A DNA stretch of 64,000 bases from the human T2T-CHM13v2.0 reference genome, Homo sapiens. The DNA lies in assembly GCF_009914755.1 (NCBI RefSeq), contig NC_060936.1; one strand, written 5' to 3'. The position numbers were made by a program, and so were the translations under genes. The notes beneath the pieces were generated by a model. That model was not told where the DNA came from, searched no databases, and saw only the letters and a program-made list of their open reading frames with translations. This document shows, piece after piece, positions 51,065 to 64,000 of this stretch (position 1 is its first letter; the number at the start of each line of letters is the position of its first letter).

Positions 51065-51803
51065 GTACGTATCTTGGGAAGTGGACAGATAGGCTAATGA
51101 TTCTCCTAATTGGTTTTTTTAGCTTCTTGTTATTTTGCACTGGCTTTTTGGTTTTGAATTATGAATCCTACTATTATACAAAATTTGAAATGGTTGTCGT
51201 CTAGCTTCTCTTTATTCTTATATCTGTGACTAGGAGAATAGAAGGATGGGGTGGTAAGGAAATGTGATTAGGTTACAAAATAATTTTATAAGCTTCAACA
51301 TCTTGGAGGTTTCAATTTGTAGATTTCTACTTTTCACAATTTATTTAAATAAAATAGAATTAATAATGAAGAATGAACAAGCTTGGCTACTAAAATTGAA
51401 CCCATCAGTCTGGTTGAGCTCTTTTAGCAAAGCTGAATGGTATATAGACTAAAAACTAATGAGAACACTGGTTATTAATTTAATTACTTGTTTAATACTG
51501 AGAACCTCCTGGCCTCCATAATTAAGACTTTGAAAGCTGTGTCAAATTTAAGGCTTATAGTGTTTCATGCTGTTTCCCTTACTCCTCAGGTGGTAAGATT
51601 CTGTGATAGCCATATGGATTCCTCATTTAAATATAGAAATCTACTGAATATGGCTACAATTCATTTTTTATTTAGTTCAAATCTGTGCAAGGAATAACTA
51701 GTTACCCCTAATATAATGGGTCTAAATATGAGAAAATGTGAACCTCCATTTTGTGATTTGTCTTTCTCTCTCTCTTTTTTTTGGCGATTCATTTTTCCTT
51801 CAG

Positions 51804-51991
51804 CTGATGGGACGGTTGACAGTGGTCAGGGATCCTCTGTCTTCACAGAATCTCGAGTGAGCAGCCAACAGACAGTTTCATATGGTTCCCAACATGAACA
51901 GGCACATTCTACAGGCACAGTCCCAGGGCATATACCTTCTACTGTCCAAGCACAGTCTCAGCCCCATGGGGTATATCCACCCTCAAGTGTG
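51804..51991 (+). CDS. WNK1: WNK1 exon 8
   Basis: cttcag|CTGATG...AGTGTG|gtaagt; 188 nt; (S)DGTVDSGQGSSVFTESRVSSQQTVSYGSQHEQAHSTGTVPGHIPSTVQAQSQPHGVYPPSSV; phase 0 out. Confidence 0.97.
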
Positions 51992-53831
51992 GTAAGTAAA
52001 TGCTTAAGAGCATGTAATACTACAATGAGAGCCAATGGATAGTCTGCTAAATTAAAATTCTTTGTACAAACCAAGTAACAGTATGAGTCTGAAGTAGAAA
52101 ATATAAAATGCTGTGTCTCTAAAGCCTTATTATAGAGTAGGATATAGACATTAATGTGTGGGCATTAGCTGAACTGCCTACATGAAGCAGCTATGTGCAA
52201 GATTTAGATTAGTCTGCATTTTTACTAAAGGGAACGCTCTCTTTAGCACTTAAGATGTTGAAACTATTCACAGCAACAAAAGCTGGACATACAAATGTTT
52301 TGCGGGTGGGGCGAGAAGAGTTTTTCAAAAGCTTGTTAAAATGATTACTAAGTATTTCCTGTAAGATTCCCTATTGTACAAAACACAGGTAAGACCTTCA
52401 AACCATTATAGAATGCTGCATGTGAGTACTCTAGATTGAGGGAATCCTTTATTTGAATGACTGTTTAATTTAGCGCTTGTGTTGAGTTAATCATCAGTTG
52501 CTGTGTGTGTTCCTGCCTTTTAAAGTCTGTGTTGGACACAAGTTCCTTCCCCAGTATATGTTCTTTTGCTTTTTCCCTTTAGTTGGTAACTGTTTTATTA
52601 CTGATTTATTTTCAGAATCAACTTATAGAAATTATTTCCTGAAACATTTTATGCTTGTATACACATACACACACACAATTATCCTGTGTTTTACATTAGA
52701 CACTCTTGTTTCTCATATAGAGAATGTTAAAGTAGATCATCAGATAATACCCCATTTCTTTTGTTGACCTCAGAGGAAAATAAAATACGTCATCTGCCTC
52801 TGAAAGGTATTAGAAAATAAGTAACTTGTCACTGTACAGCACTTGTTTAGTGAGATCTTTAAGCAGACAGATTTTCCCCTTCTCAGAAAGCTTTTAATCT
52901 AAACTTTGTGGAATTCTTGCTCTTCTTTAAATGAAAATCTTTCTCTGTTAAGAAAATACTTCTGCTTGTTCGATTTTTTATCCTACAGCTTGGAATAAAA
53001 GATGTTCATTTGTTTCAGAGTCCGTTTAATCCTGCTTTGGCTAGGTCTCAAAATGAATGGCCACAGTAACACAAATAAAAAACTAATATACTAACTTTTT
53101 AAAACAATCTACTTTCTGTCTTTAAAATAATTGAGGGTAGAATAGAAGAACTTTATAAAGACTGCACAGAAAATATATTTCTGTGTTCTGACAAATATTA
53201 CTTGTCAGCATTTCTTGTCAGTTTCTACCTTTAATTGTTTTTTTTCTGGATTATTATAACTAGATTTTGCTAAGACTTTTTTTTTAAAATTTTCTCTTGT
53301 CTATACTCATCATGGGGGAGCATTAGGTCTCTATTTTAGAAAGCAAGTAGAATGACATGAAGATATTATTTGAGCCATTAATCTAGCTATATTTATTGAT
53401 GCTCTAAAAGCAGACGTTCTTGCTTTTTAATGACAGTATTCTATGGAGGTATTATGAAGAATTATTAAATATTGAGAATTTAAAAATTTGTCTAATTCTA
53501 TTCTTGTCTCATTTCAGGAATGTGGCTTACAATAATATGGACAAATTATAAGTGAAATTTTAGAAATTAGAATAAAAGAAATAAGGCTAGAGAGAAATCA
53601 AAACAGGAATGAAACTAAACAATCATATGATGATATGTAAATACTTGGTATTGGTGGGCCACAGATTTGGCCCAAAGCATTCTACACAGCCAAGTTTTGG
53701 AAATGAAAACATAGTTTCATAGTTCACAACATCTAAAAGGAAAATAACAGTCTTATTCAAGACAACCTTTATGGTATTGATCATACTGCCTTATAGCCAT
53801 ATTAAACCCTGTGCCTGAACATTTTTTTAAG

Positions 53832-54131
53832 TTTTTTTTTTTTTTTTTGACAGCGTCTCACTCTGTCTCCCAGGTGGGAATACAGTGGCGTGATCTTGGC
53901 TCACTGCAACTTTCACCTCCTGGGTTCAAGTGATTCTCCTGCCTCAGCCTCCCCAGTAGCTAAGATTACAGGCACCCATCACCACGCCCAGCTAATTTTT
54001 GTATTTTTTTTAGTAGAGACACAGTTTCACCGTGTTGGCTAGGCTGGTCTTGAACTCTTGACCTCAAGTGATCCACCTGCCTCGGCCTCCCAAAGTGCCA
54101 GGATTACAGGTGTGAGCCACCATGCCCGGCC
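53832..54131 (-). mobile_element. Alu (AluS-like)
   Basis: Antisense Alu consensus. Confidence 0.92.
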
Positions 54132-54831
54132 TAAATTATTATTTAGAGATTCAGATTGAAGATATTCTCCCATTGATTACTTTGTAAAAGTACAAAATAT
54201 TTCCTATATCCAGTTGTGAATTTCTTCTAGAAAGCTAAACTTTTTCCTAGTAGATCATGACTTTTTTACCTTTACAAATAAAGAGTGGCAAGTATAAGAA
54301 ATACTGTGAGCCAACAACTTTCCATCTCATGTCTTCTAAAATAGAAATGAGAATCTTTTTCTGAGGTTTCCAGAGCTCTTGCAAAATAATCCAATCTTAA
54401 AATTCTCTGTATCTTTTAATGTACTTTAAACTAATAGAATTCATTCTTGTTGAATCTTAAGTTTGCCAAAGTTGCAAGCTAATATTCATTGTTTTCCCTG
54501 TCTGCACCCTTCAGTCAGTTGGTCATTCTTAAATTCATACACTTGTAACACTTGGTGTTATTTCAGAATATTTAGCATGATAACTGATCATTATCATGAT
54601 CATTCATTAAACCTGTCCTTGACTGACAACGCAGAATAGTTGTGAATAGTTGTGATCTGTCAGATGTGCTATGTTGAGTTATAGCTCTCCTCAAAAAAAA
54701 AAACTGACTTTGTGGAATTGGGAGAGGATGGAACATTTCTTCATGCAACTATGCCCTGTTATCATTGTACTTTTGTTTATTTTGTTTTCACAGTACTGTG
54801 TTTTTCATGTGTGTGTTTGTTTTGTGTTGAG

Positions 54832-55086
54832 CCTCGTCGTGGCCGTAGCATGTCGGTTTGTGTTCCCATCTTTCTGCTGTTCCCTCTGTGTCCCGCATCT
54901 CTCCCAGTGCTCTTCCACCCCACCGCCAGTACTGTCTGCACCTCTTTCTCCTTCCCTCCCCCGGACTGCCCCGAGGAAACTTTTGCCGAAAAGCTTTCTA
55001 AAGCATTGGAGAGTGTCCTGCCTATGCACTCTGCCTCTCAGCGCAAGCACCGACGCTCCAGCCTGCCTTCCCTCTTTGTCAGTACT
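54832..55086 (+). CDS. WNK1: WNK1 alternative exon 8b (nervous-system cassette, 85 aa)
   Basis: gttgag|CCTCGT...AGTACT|gtatgt; 255 nt, symmetric phase 0; PRRGRSMSVCVPIFLLFPLCPASLPVLFHPTAST...RKHRRSSLPSLFVST. Confidence 0.88.
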
Positions 55087-56035
55087 GTATGTAACTGTAA
55101 ACTTCTGACAAATGAACAATTATTACCAATGAATACATCCAGGCAACAAGAATTTTAATTAAAATTGAATAAAGAACAGGACTAAACTTGGTTATATTAT
55201 GCTTCTAGGATACCAGTTATTCCTGTAGGAAACTTTTTTGTAATAAGGCTTTAAGGGGGAATAAAAAGCAAGGAGGTAATGAGAGAGAATACCTATAATG
55301 TCCTTGGCACATACCAGCATGTGTCCAATAAAATTTACCTTTCATTATATCTTCCTGTTTCCTATCGACATAAAATTCTTTCATTTTCATATTCTAGTTT
55401 TAAAAGGATTAATTTTAAAGTTATTGCCTTAATCAAAAGCAAATTTTATCAAACATTACCCAAACATTTTTTCTCCTCACTTTATTCTAAGGAGACACTA
55501 ATAAAACTGGATGAGTCCTTTTTTTTTTTAATAACCTTAGTCAGCAAAGAATAACCTTGGAGTGAACATTTATTTTAATTTAATCATTTATGTAAGATGA
55601 TGTATCAGCAAACCAAAGAACTACATAATGTTCCCCCATGGAAGTATTTTTTCCTTAGGTTTCAACCTAAGGTGGGACTGTAGCTCTAATGAATGCATTA
55701 GATGCATATATAGTATGTATGACTTTCTTTGGCTCCATTAATGTTTATAAAAGATCTATCTTATAAAATTATTTTAAGCATGTGGGTCCTTGCTGCTGCT
55801 TTTCCAAATAAAGAATATAGTTAACTTTCTGAACGAGCAACCCCAGAATTTTCAGATTTTTACTTAGGAGAATGAAGAACTATACAGTGTTATTATGGCT
55901 TTGAGACATACCATGAGTAAATAACAATAAAATGAGCATTCTGACTGAAAATAGAAATCCTTATTTAGCTATTGTGAACAGTTGATCTACTTTGCCAGCT
56001 CGATAAGGATCTTCCCTATGGAAGAATGAAACTGA

Positions 56036-56383
<348 letters not shown>

Positions 56384-56565
56384 GGGTAATGAATTATTAT
56401 AGTGTATATTGTTTGCATTTGGCAAGCTGTGTTTCTAAATTTAGTCTTAAATCTAAACTGCTTCTAGAATAAAAAGTGCTATCAAATAAAATTGGCTGTC
56501 ATTTATATTACCCTTTTCAGTTGATTAGAACACCAGGATGTCAGAATCAGAAAATTCATGGTTAC

Positions 56566-56860
56566 GGCCGGGCTCAGTGGCTCACGCCTGTAATCCTAGC
56601 ACTTTGGGAGGCCGAAGTGAGCAGATCACCTGAGGTCAGGAGTTCGAGACCAGCCTGGCCAACATGGCGAAATGTGTCTCTACTAAAAATACAAAAATTA
56701 GCTGGGCGTGGTGGCGCACGCGTGTAGTCCCAGCTACTTGGGAGGCTGAGGCAGAAGAATCCCTTGAACCCAGGAGGCGGAGGTTGCAGTAAGCCAAGAT
56801 TGTCACTGCACTCCAGCCTGGGCGAAAGAGGAAGACTCCATCTCAAAAAAAAGAAAAAAG
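56566..56860 (+). mobile_element. Alu (AluS-like)
   Basis: Alu consensus; TSD approx. AGAAA(A/T)TTCATGGTTA. Confidence 0.92.
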
Positions 56861-57589
56861 AAATTTCATGGTTATGCAACTCTTATTTATGATCAGAAAA
56901 ATGGACATTTTGTGATTTAACTCTGTAACATGTTTCATGTAGTAAAAATATAATAAAACTATTAATCATCTAGCTTGGGAGAGATAGGAGAAAGACATTA
57001 CTGTCACTAGTCAAATTATATATCTTTTACTATCCACCAAAAATCTCTTCTGATTTCTGGTTAGAAGGCATACTATTAATTGATAAGAAAATAAAACTGA
57101 AGGCCTCTAACATATCACAGGGTAATAAGAATATAGGGAAAGTTAGTTCAATAGTTTAAATTAAAGCACACTTCTTACAGTATAGAACTAGTCGGGCTTT
57201 TATGCCTTGTTTTAGTTCTTACTCTTCCTTTAACTCTTTTTCTGTTGATGTAATTTACATTAATGCTTAAGAGTGAACTTTTTAAGTGTGGGTAAAAACG
57301 AAATAATTACTTACAAAGTTTAATTCTTCCATTTCCTTTGAGAGAGGAAAGTTATGGAAAAGCAGCTCTTATCTAAAGCAAAGAGCCCACAGATTGATTT
57401 CATTGGCCCTGGATGTATTTAATGGATTTTTACTATGCACATAATTTCCAGAAGCATTGTTATTTATTTATTAATTATAAATTTAGTGTAACCATTTCAT
57501 AGGGTTACACAGAACTACCCAGTTGTGCATGTCTGATGTAATTTCACATATGAATGTATGAATTACTTGTCTTATTCATGTTGATACAG

Positions 57590-58828
57590 CCTCAGTCCAT
57601 GGCGCATCCGTGTGGGGGGACCCCAACATACCCAGAATCACAGATATTTTTCCCAACTATTCATGAACGTCCAGTTTCTTTTTCACCACCTCCCACCTGC
57701 CCACCGAAAGTAGCCATTTCCCAGCGGCGTAAGAGCACCTCCTTCCTGGAAGCCCAAACTCACCACTTCCAACCCCTGCTGAGGACTGTTGGCCAAAGTC
57801 TTCTTCCACCTGGTGGCAGCCCAACTAACTGGACACCAGAGGCCGTAGTTATGTTGGGTACTACAGCCAGTAGAGTAACTGGAGAGTCATGTGAGATACA
57901 GGTCCATCCTATGTTTGAACCATCTCAAGTTTACAGTGACTATAGACCTGGACTAGTACTTCCAGAAGAAGCTCACTATTTTATTCCTCAGGAAGCAGTG
58001 TATGTAGCTGGGGTACATTACCAGGCCCGGGTGGCAGAACAGTATGAGGGCATTCCATACAACTCATCAGTACTGTCAAGTCCTATGAAACAGATACCTG
58101 AACAGAAGCCAGTACAAGGGGGCCCTACTTCAAGTTCTGTCTTTGAATTTCCATCTGGACAGGCTTTCCTGGTAGGACACCTTCAGAATCTAAGATTAGA
58201 TTCTGGATTGGGTCCGGGATCTCCCCTCTCTAGTATTTCTGCACCTATCAGTACAGATGCTACACGTTTGAAATTTCACCCTGTCTTTGTTCCTCATTCT
58301 GCGCCTGCTGTGTTAACTCATAACAATGAGAGCAGAAGCAACTGTGTATTTGAATTTCATGTTCACACACCAAGCTCCTCTTCAGGAGAAGGAGGTGGAA
58401 TTTTACCTCAGCGTGTTTACCGAAATCGGCAGGTTGCAGTGGACTTGAATCAAGAAGAACTGCCTCCTCAATCAGTTGGATTACATGGCTACTTGCAGCC
58501 TGTGACTGAAGAAAAGCATAATTACCATGCCCCAGAATTGACCGTTTCTGTGGTAGAGCCTATCGGACAGAACTGGCCAATAGGAAGCCCAGAATATTCC
58601 AGTGATTCCTCACAAATCACTTCTTCAGACCCCAGTGATTTTCAGTCACCTCCCCCTACAGGGGGAGCAGCTGCACCTTTTGGCTCTGACGTCTCAATGC
58701 CCTTTATCCATCTGCCTCAGACAGTGTTACAAGAATCCCCACTTTTCTTCTGTTTCCCCCAAGGAACCACATCTCAGCAGGTCTTAACTGCCTCATTTTC
58801 TTCAGGAGGATCTGCACTTCATCCACAG
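57590..58828 (+). CDS. WNK1: WNK1 HSN2 exon (large neural cassette exon, 413 aa; HSAN2A disease exon)
   Basis: atacag|CCTCAG...CCACAG|gttata; 1239 nt, phase 0/0; lies inside the 434-aa ORF 57554-58858 originally described as the single-exon HSN2 gene. Confidence 0.95.
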
Positions 58829-60282
58829 GTTATAGGAAAACTTCCACAATTATTTTAAACTACCCTACTTTGCACCATAACATTTAAATTTTCTATTCCT
58901 TATTTCCCTGAATCATGGATTTTGGAGAAATATTGTTTAATTTTATCAGTAGAGTTTCCCCATCTTTGGGGGGTTGTGAACTACATATATGCATTTAAAA
59001 ACAAAATGTGAGAGAAGCTACCTGATTTACCTATTATATGTGAAAACCAGTGGAAAAAACACAAAAACTAGAATTTTAGTCATTCTTCACAATCACGACT
59101 TCTATGCACGTTATTTTCAACCAGTAGTGAAAATGCAAGTGTATGTAATGTATGGTTGACCCAGCATTATTTAGGAATACAAATCTTAAGTATTACTTTC
59201 TTCCTCCAAACAAGTTTTTAAAAAATAGGATAAATTTTTTTTCTATAAAATATAAAACATGGAAAATAGGGAATGCTGTTTTTGAGGTAATATTAATAAT
59301 ACACAGAATTTTCATTAGTGTCGAAGGATCTAAAAAGACAAAGTATATCATGGGAATAAAAAAAGATAGAAAAGGAAACAGTTTAGGAATTTGCCTTAAC
59401 AAATGAAAATGCCTTTTTAAAATGGCATCAGTCAAGCAAGTTGCTGTGCATTATTATATGTCCAAATAAAATGCTAATTCATAAAATTAAGGACTGATTC
59501 TAATTTTTAGCAACTAACAATCTAGTGAGTGGTGGGCTTTTTTTTTTTGTTATAAGAATTTGTGATATGTTGCAAGCTAAGGAACAGTAGACATCTTAGG
59601 CCTTGTATTTTCCTCAACAAATTTAATTTTAGTTATTTATGTGTATGAGCATATACACACTTAGCAAATAAAGACAATGTAATGAATGTAATAGAATTCA
59701 AAAGTACAGTCAGTGTTTACTGTTTCATATATTCATTTGGTATATTTTATCAAATGTGTACATCTTATAAAATCTACATAGAAGACTATGCAGTTATATA
59801 TTGAAGACATTTGGATATCCTACATAAAGTACTATGTGTTGTTCTTCCTACTTTCTTCCTATGTTCTTCCCTCATCAGGAGCATAAACAACTCCCAAAAT
59901 GTGCACAAATTATCAATTATTTAGTGCTGTACTAAGACACAAAAAGATCCAGAAGCTTGACAGCTATACATGGGCATGCAGTATATTCACATCAGTATTC
60001 AAGTTGCAGCCCCTATTATAAATATTAATGTATTGCCAGTAATTATCCTTTAGACTTTCCAAAGTAAAAAATACCAGGTAGTTAATTTATAGACATACTA
60101 CAGAAGGAATCAATATTTATAATAGTTAAGCTGCAGTGGAATGTGATATTATATCCATGTAAGCTTTAAGGAACCCCTTGTAAACTGAAATGGAATGACA
60201 AAAGTGGTAGCCTTTTCATTTCGTTAACATACCTATATATAGTCCTGCATCATTTCTCACTTTCTAGTGAGAAACACTGTAG

Positions 60283-60500
60283 TTGGGGTTTCTCAGACTC
60301 AACACTGTTGACATCTGAGGTTGGATAATTCTTTGTTGTGGTGGGCTGTTCTATGTATTGTAGGCTATTTAGAACATCCTTGGTTTATACCTCCTAAATA
60401 CTAGTAGCAGCAATCTCCCTCAGTTGTGACAACCAGAAATGTCTCCACATATTGCCAAGTGCCCCCCTGGGGGTGGCAGGATTGCTCCTGGATAGCAATG
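60283..60500. mobile_element. MER20-like fossil
   Basis: CACTGTTGACAT..GGATAATTCTTTGTTGTGG...GTTGTGACAACCAGAAATGTCTCCA. Confidence 0.8.
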
Positions 60501-60988
60501 ATCGCCCTAGGTACTTGGCAGTTGATGATAACAGATTTTTTGATACTTTTGATAAAAGTCATTGTGGCACTACAAGAAGTATTACCAAATTAGCATTACC
60601 AAATACCTTTCTTTAATTCTTCAGATAAATTTCAGATTGATAGTATTAATACTTTGTTCCTGATTATTGTATTTCTAATAACAAATTTTATTATGAATCT
60701 GACGATTCTAGCCAGCTAAAATTACAGCCTGAGCAGCATTGACAGCTTAGGTTTTCACTGTCAGTGGGTTTTGCATGGGTTGGGATCAGAACATGTTGTG
60801 TGGTATGATCCTTTTCTAAATTTTTCTTACAAAAGTTGACCCAGAGGCCTCTCCCATACATAATCAGGTTAATGTTTCATTTTGATCAAGCAAACTCTGA
60901 GGAGATTAAATATTCATTGCAAAAGCCTGACCTCTATACACTTACTTTAGGCCTTCTCTAATTTGTTGTGTTCACTTCTTTCCTTCAG

Positions 60989-61072
60989 GCACAGGGGCAG
61001 AGCCAGGGTCAGCCATCCTCAAGTAGCTTAACAGGGGTTTCATCTTCCCAACCCATACAACATCCTCAGCAG
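60989..61072 (+). CDS. WNK1: WNK1 exon 9 (symmetric 84-nt exon)
   Basis: cttcag|GCACAG...CAGCAG|gtgaga; AQGQSQGQPSSSSLTGVSSSQPIQHPQQ. Confidence 0.96.
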
Positions 61073-61303
61073 GTGAGAACAATGCATTGCAACATTTTAT
61101 GAATTAGCAGTGGCCAGAACACTATTTTAACTTTTGTGATTTGTTATATAAATGGCCTGCTAAGTTTTTGAAAGGAAAATTAAGAGGCATACCATGTCTT
61201 GTGTTCAGTAACAAAGAAAAAAAAGAGACTTTTCTGTGTTTCAGAAAAATCTCTTTTGTTTAATATACTTTTGAACAATTTAGTAGACATACATTATTAC
61301 TGA

Positions 61304-61639
<336 letters not shown>

Positions 61640-61839
61640 TAATTTACGGTACAAAGAGTATGTCATTCCTTTTCTCTTTTTTTCCACTGCTTGCAGCAGT
61701 GATTTGTCATTACCTTCATTGTGCTTGCCTCTACTAATCCTGCACTTCTTTTTAATTATTTCTAATCTGTAGAATGATGTGTCAGATTTTACGCTAAGAA
61801 GCATCTAATGAAAACCTAAGAACAATTACTTCAAGAACA

Positions 61840-62160
<321 letters not shown>

Positions 62161-63759
62161 AAAATATTTTAACTTTTGTTTTGGGGGGCTTGTTCCAGAA
62201 AGTTCAAGGAATTCAAGAGATTAGTGTCATCCTGATACATCCAACAGTAAAACTGGTAATTCTAAAATTAAATATTTATAGTGCATCACTGATATTAGTT
62301 AATAGTAATTATTTGCAAGGGAATAATGCATTTTTGGCATAATTGAATACTTATTAGCTATTCTACATAAAATTTGTAGCCACTATGTATGTAATGCAAA
62401 CTTCCTAATGTTAGTTCCCCATGTGGGTTTTTTAATCAGCAAACTCTAAACTGGCTTCTGTTTCTATTAGTTTTTGGTTTTGAAACAAAGTTTTCGGTTC
62501 TTAATTACAAATGGCCCTTTTTCAGTCCAACATATGGTCATGTAGTCATTCGATACTGGTTTAAGATCAGGAGTTGCTTGTACAAGATGAAAATCACTTA
62601 AAGGCACTTTCTACAGAAACAGTTGATTAGTTTGTTTATACATGCATTCACTCCGTGAACTGAAGGACTGGGACTTATATGCTTTGTTTTGCACCTGTCC
62701 TTTCTTCCAAACAAGACTGGTTAAATTCAAGTAAACATATTTTTGCCAACCTTAACAAAATCTGTTTTATTCTATTAACAGTTCCTAATTAGAATGCAAA
62801 TTACAAGTCACATAAAGCTGGTTGAGAATGGAAGTACTGAGTACTAATCTCCTAACTTGCTTATCTTTGGATGTAGACGAACACCAATGAACTGAGCAAA
62901 TTGTATGTGCTCTGTTTTTTCTTTTCCAAAGGAATTGGTTATCTGTCTTGTATTTGGGGATATGTATGTATACTTACTATCAAATGAAGAAGATAATAAA
63001 ATAATTCATTGAGTTTCATGTTAAGAAAGAGTGTGAGAAAAGAAGAGAGCAGTACCATAAATGTCAGATTAAAAGGATTAGGTAGCTACCTCTCCAGGAG
63101 AAAAAAATATGGCTAAATGCTATCTCTACAGCAGAAACAAAAATTAATTTTTGTTTCAGTGATGTTTTTGTTTTAGATACTTTTATAGCATGTGTTGTAG
63201 AATCACAAAATTGAGCCCTCGATATATATAGGAAGTGTATTCGGTCTAGAATAATTAACTTCTCCAAAGTCACTTAGATAATAAGGGAGCTACAAATTAT
63301 AACCCAGAATTCAAGATTCCTAGAATAGTATTGTTTCTTCCATTTTAAATAAAGTTCTGCAGGGACTTAATGATTCTGCAAATGTACCTCAGAAGCTGTC
63401 TTTATTTGTTTTAATTATTGGAGTTCCACGTTTGAAAAAAGAAAGGTTGAAAACTTTTTGTACTATATGGATAGTCTATTTTTAGACATGATTTTTGTTT
63501 TACGTACTTTCAGGTCCCAATCCCACCTTAGAGAACCATATCTCTTGTTTTATTTTAGTGAGGAAAGAAATATACTTTTGCTAAAATTTACTTTATTTCA
63601 TGCGTTTCTTGAACATAGTAAATGAGGAATTGCTTTTTTGTGTGTTTTTGTAGGGTCTCGTATAGTGATATACTAGATCTTAGCAAGGTACCAAAAATAG
63701 CTGCCTCCTGCTGAAAAGCTTTGTGACCACAAACAAAGTTGTGAACTTTGTCAGACACA

Positions 63760-63890
63760 GTGCCAGCTACTTGGAAGGCTGAGGCAGGAAGATCACTTGA
63801 GCCCAGGAGTTCAAGGCTACAGTGAACTATGATATTGCCACCATACTCCAGCCTGGGCAACAGAGCATGACTCATCTCAAAAAAAAAAAA
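63760..63890 (+). mobile_element. Alu monomer fragment (AluJ right arm/FRAM-like)
   Basis: CCAGCTACTTGGAAGGCTGAGGCAGGAAGATCACTTGAGCCCAGG...AAAAAAAAAAAA. Confidence 0.85.
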
Positions 63891-64000
63891 GCACCGAAGT
63901 TGTGAACTACCTACCCTACTATCCATAAAGTCTGTTTGAACTGGTTTCATGAGGCAAGCTTGGGCAGAGCATGATGCTAAACTGTTAAGCTAGACCACCC

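Noticed and set aside
52231-52428. Possible cryptic exon ending at CAG|GTAAGA (52388) with nearby TGCATG
   Set aside because: The donor is strong but no convincing acceptor and pyrimidine tract pair with it; isolated donors are common
57554-58858. 434-aa ORF as an independent nested single-exon gene
   Set aside because: It has an in-phase acceptor (57589) and donor (58829) and is established as an alternative exon of WNK1; not novel

Overview
Human (primate) genomic DNA: an internal 64 kb segment of the WNK1 kinase gene, transcribed on the + strand. It covers the 3' end of intron 1, constitutive exons 2-8, the kidney-specific first exon 4a (KS-WNK1), the nervous-system cassette exons 8b and HSN2, and exon 9. 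All exons have AG/GT boundaries and join in frame. The rest is intron packed with about 35 Alus (one young AluYa5), old L1M fragments, a 1.4 kb L1PA, LTR/MaLR relics and DNA-transposon fossils. Most short ORFs in the track are Alu/L1 artefacts. I see no new multi-gene system. The best leads are a layer of candidate RNA-processing switches: a 3-nt microexon-like site in intron 7; a strong alternative acceptor upstream of exon 4; an intronic poly(A) site after exon 3 whose GU element comes from an Alu; a 37-nt poison-exon candidate in intron 4; an in-frame strong-Kozak uORF and a tandem donor at exon 4a; a dual-frame exon 8b; and frame-closed, Alu-flanked exon blocks that could circularise. These are predictions from sequence; some may already be annotated. 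Residue numbers assume the canonical WNK1 numbering (activation-loop S382). Repeat subfamily names and repeat boundaries were called by eye and are approximate.
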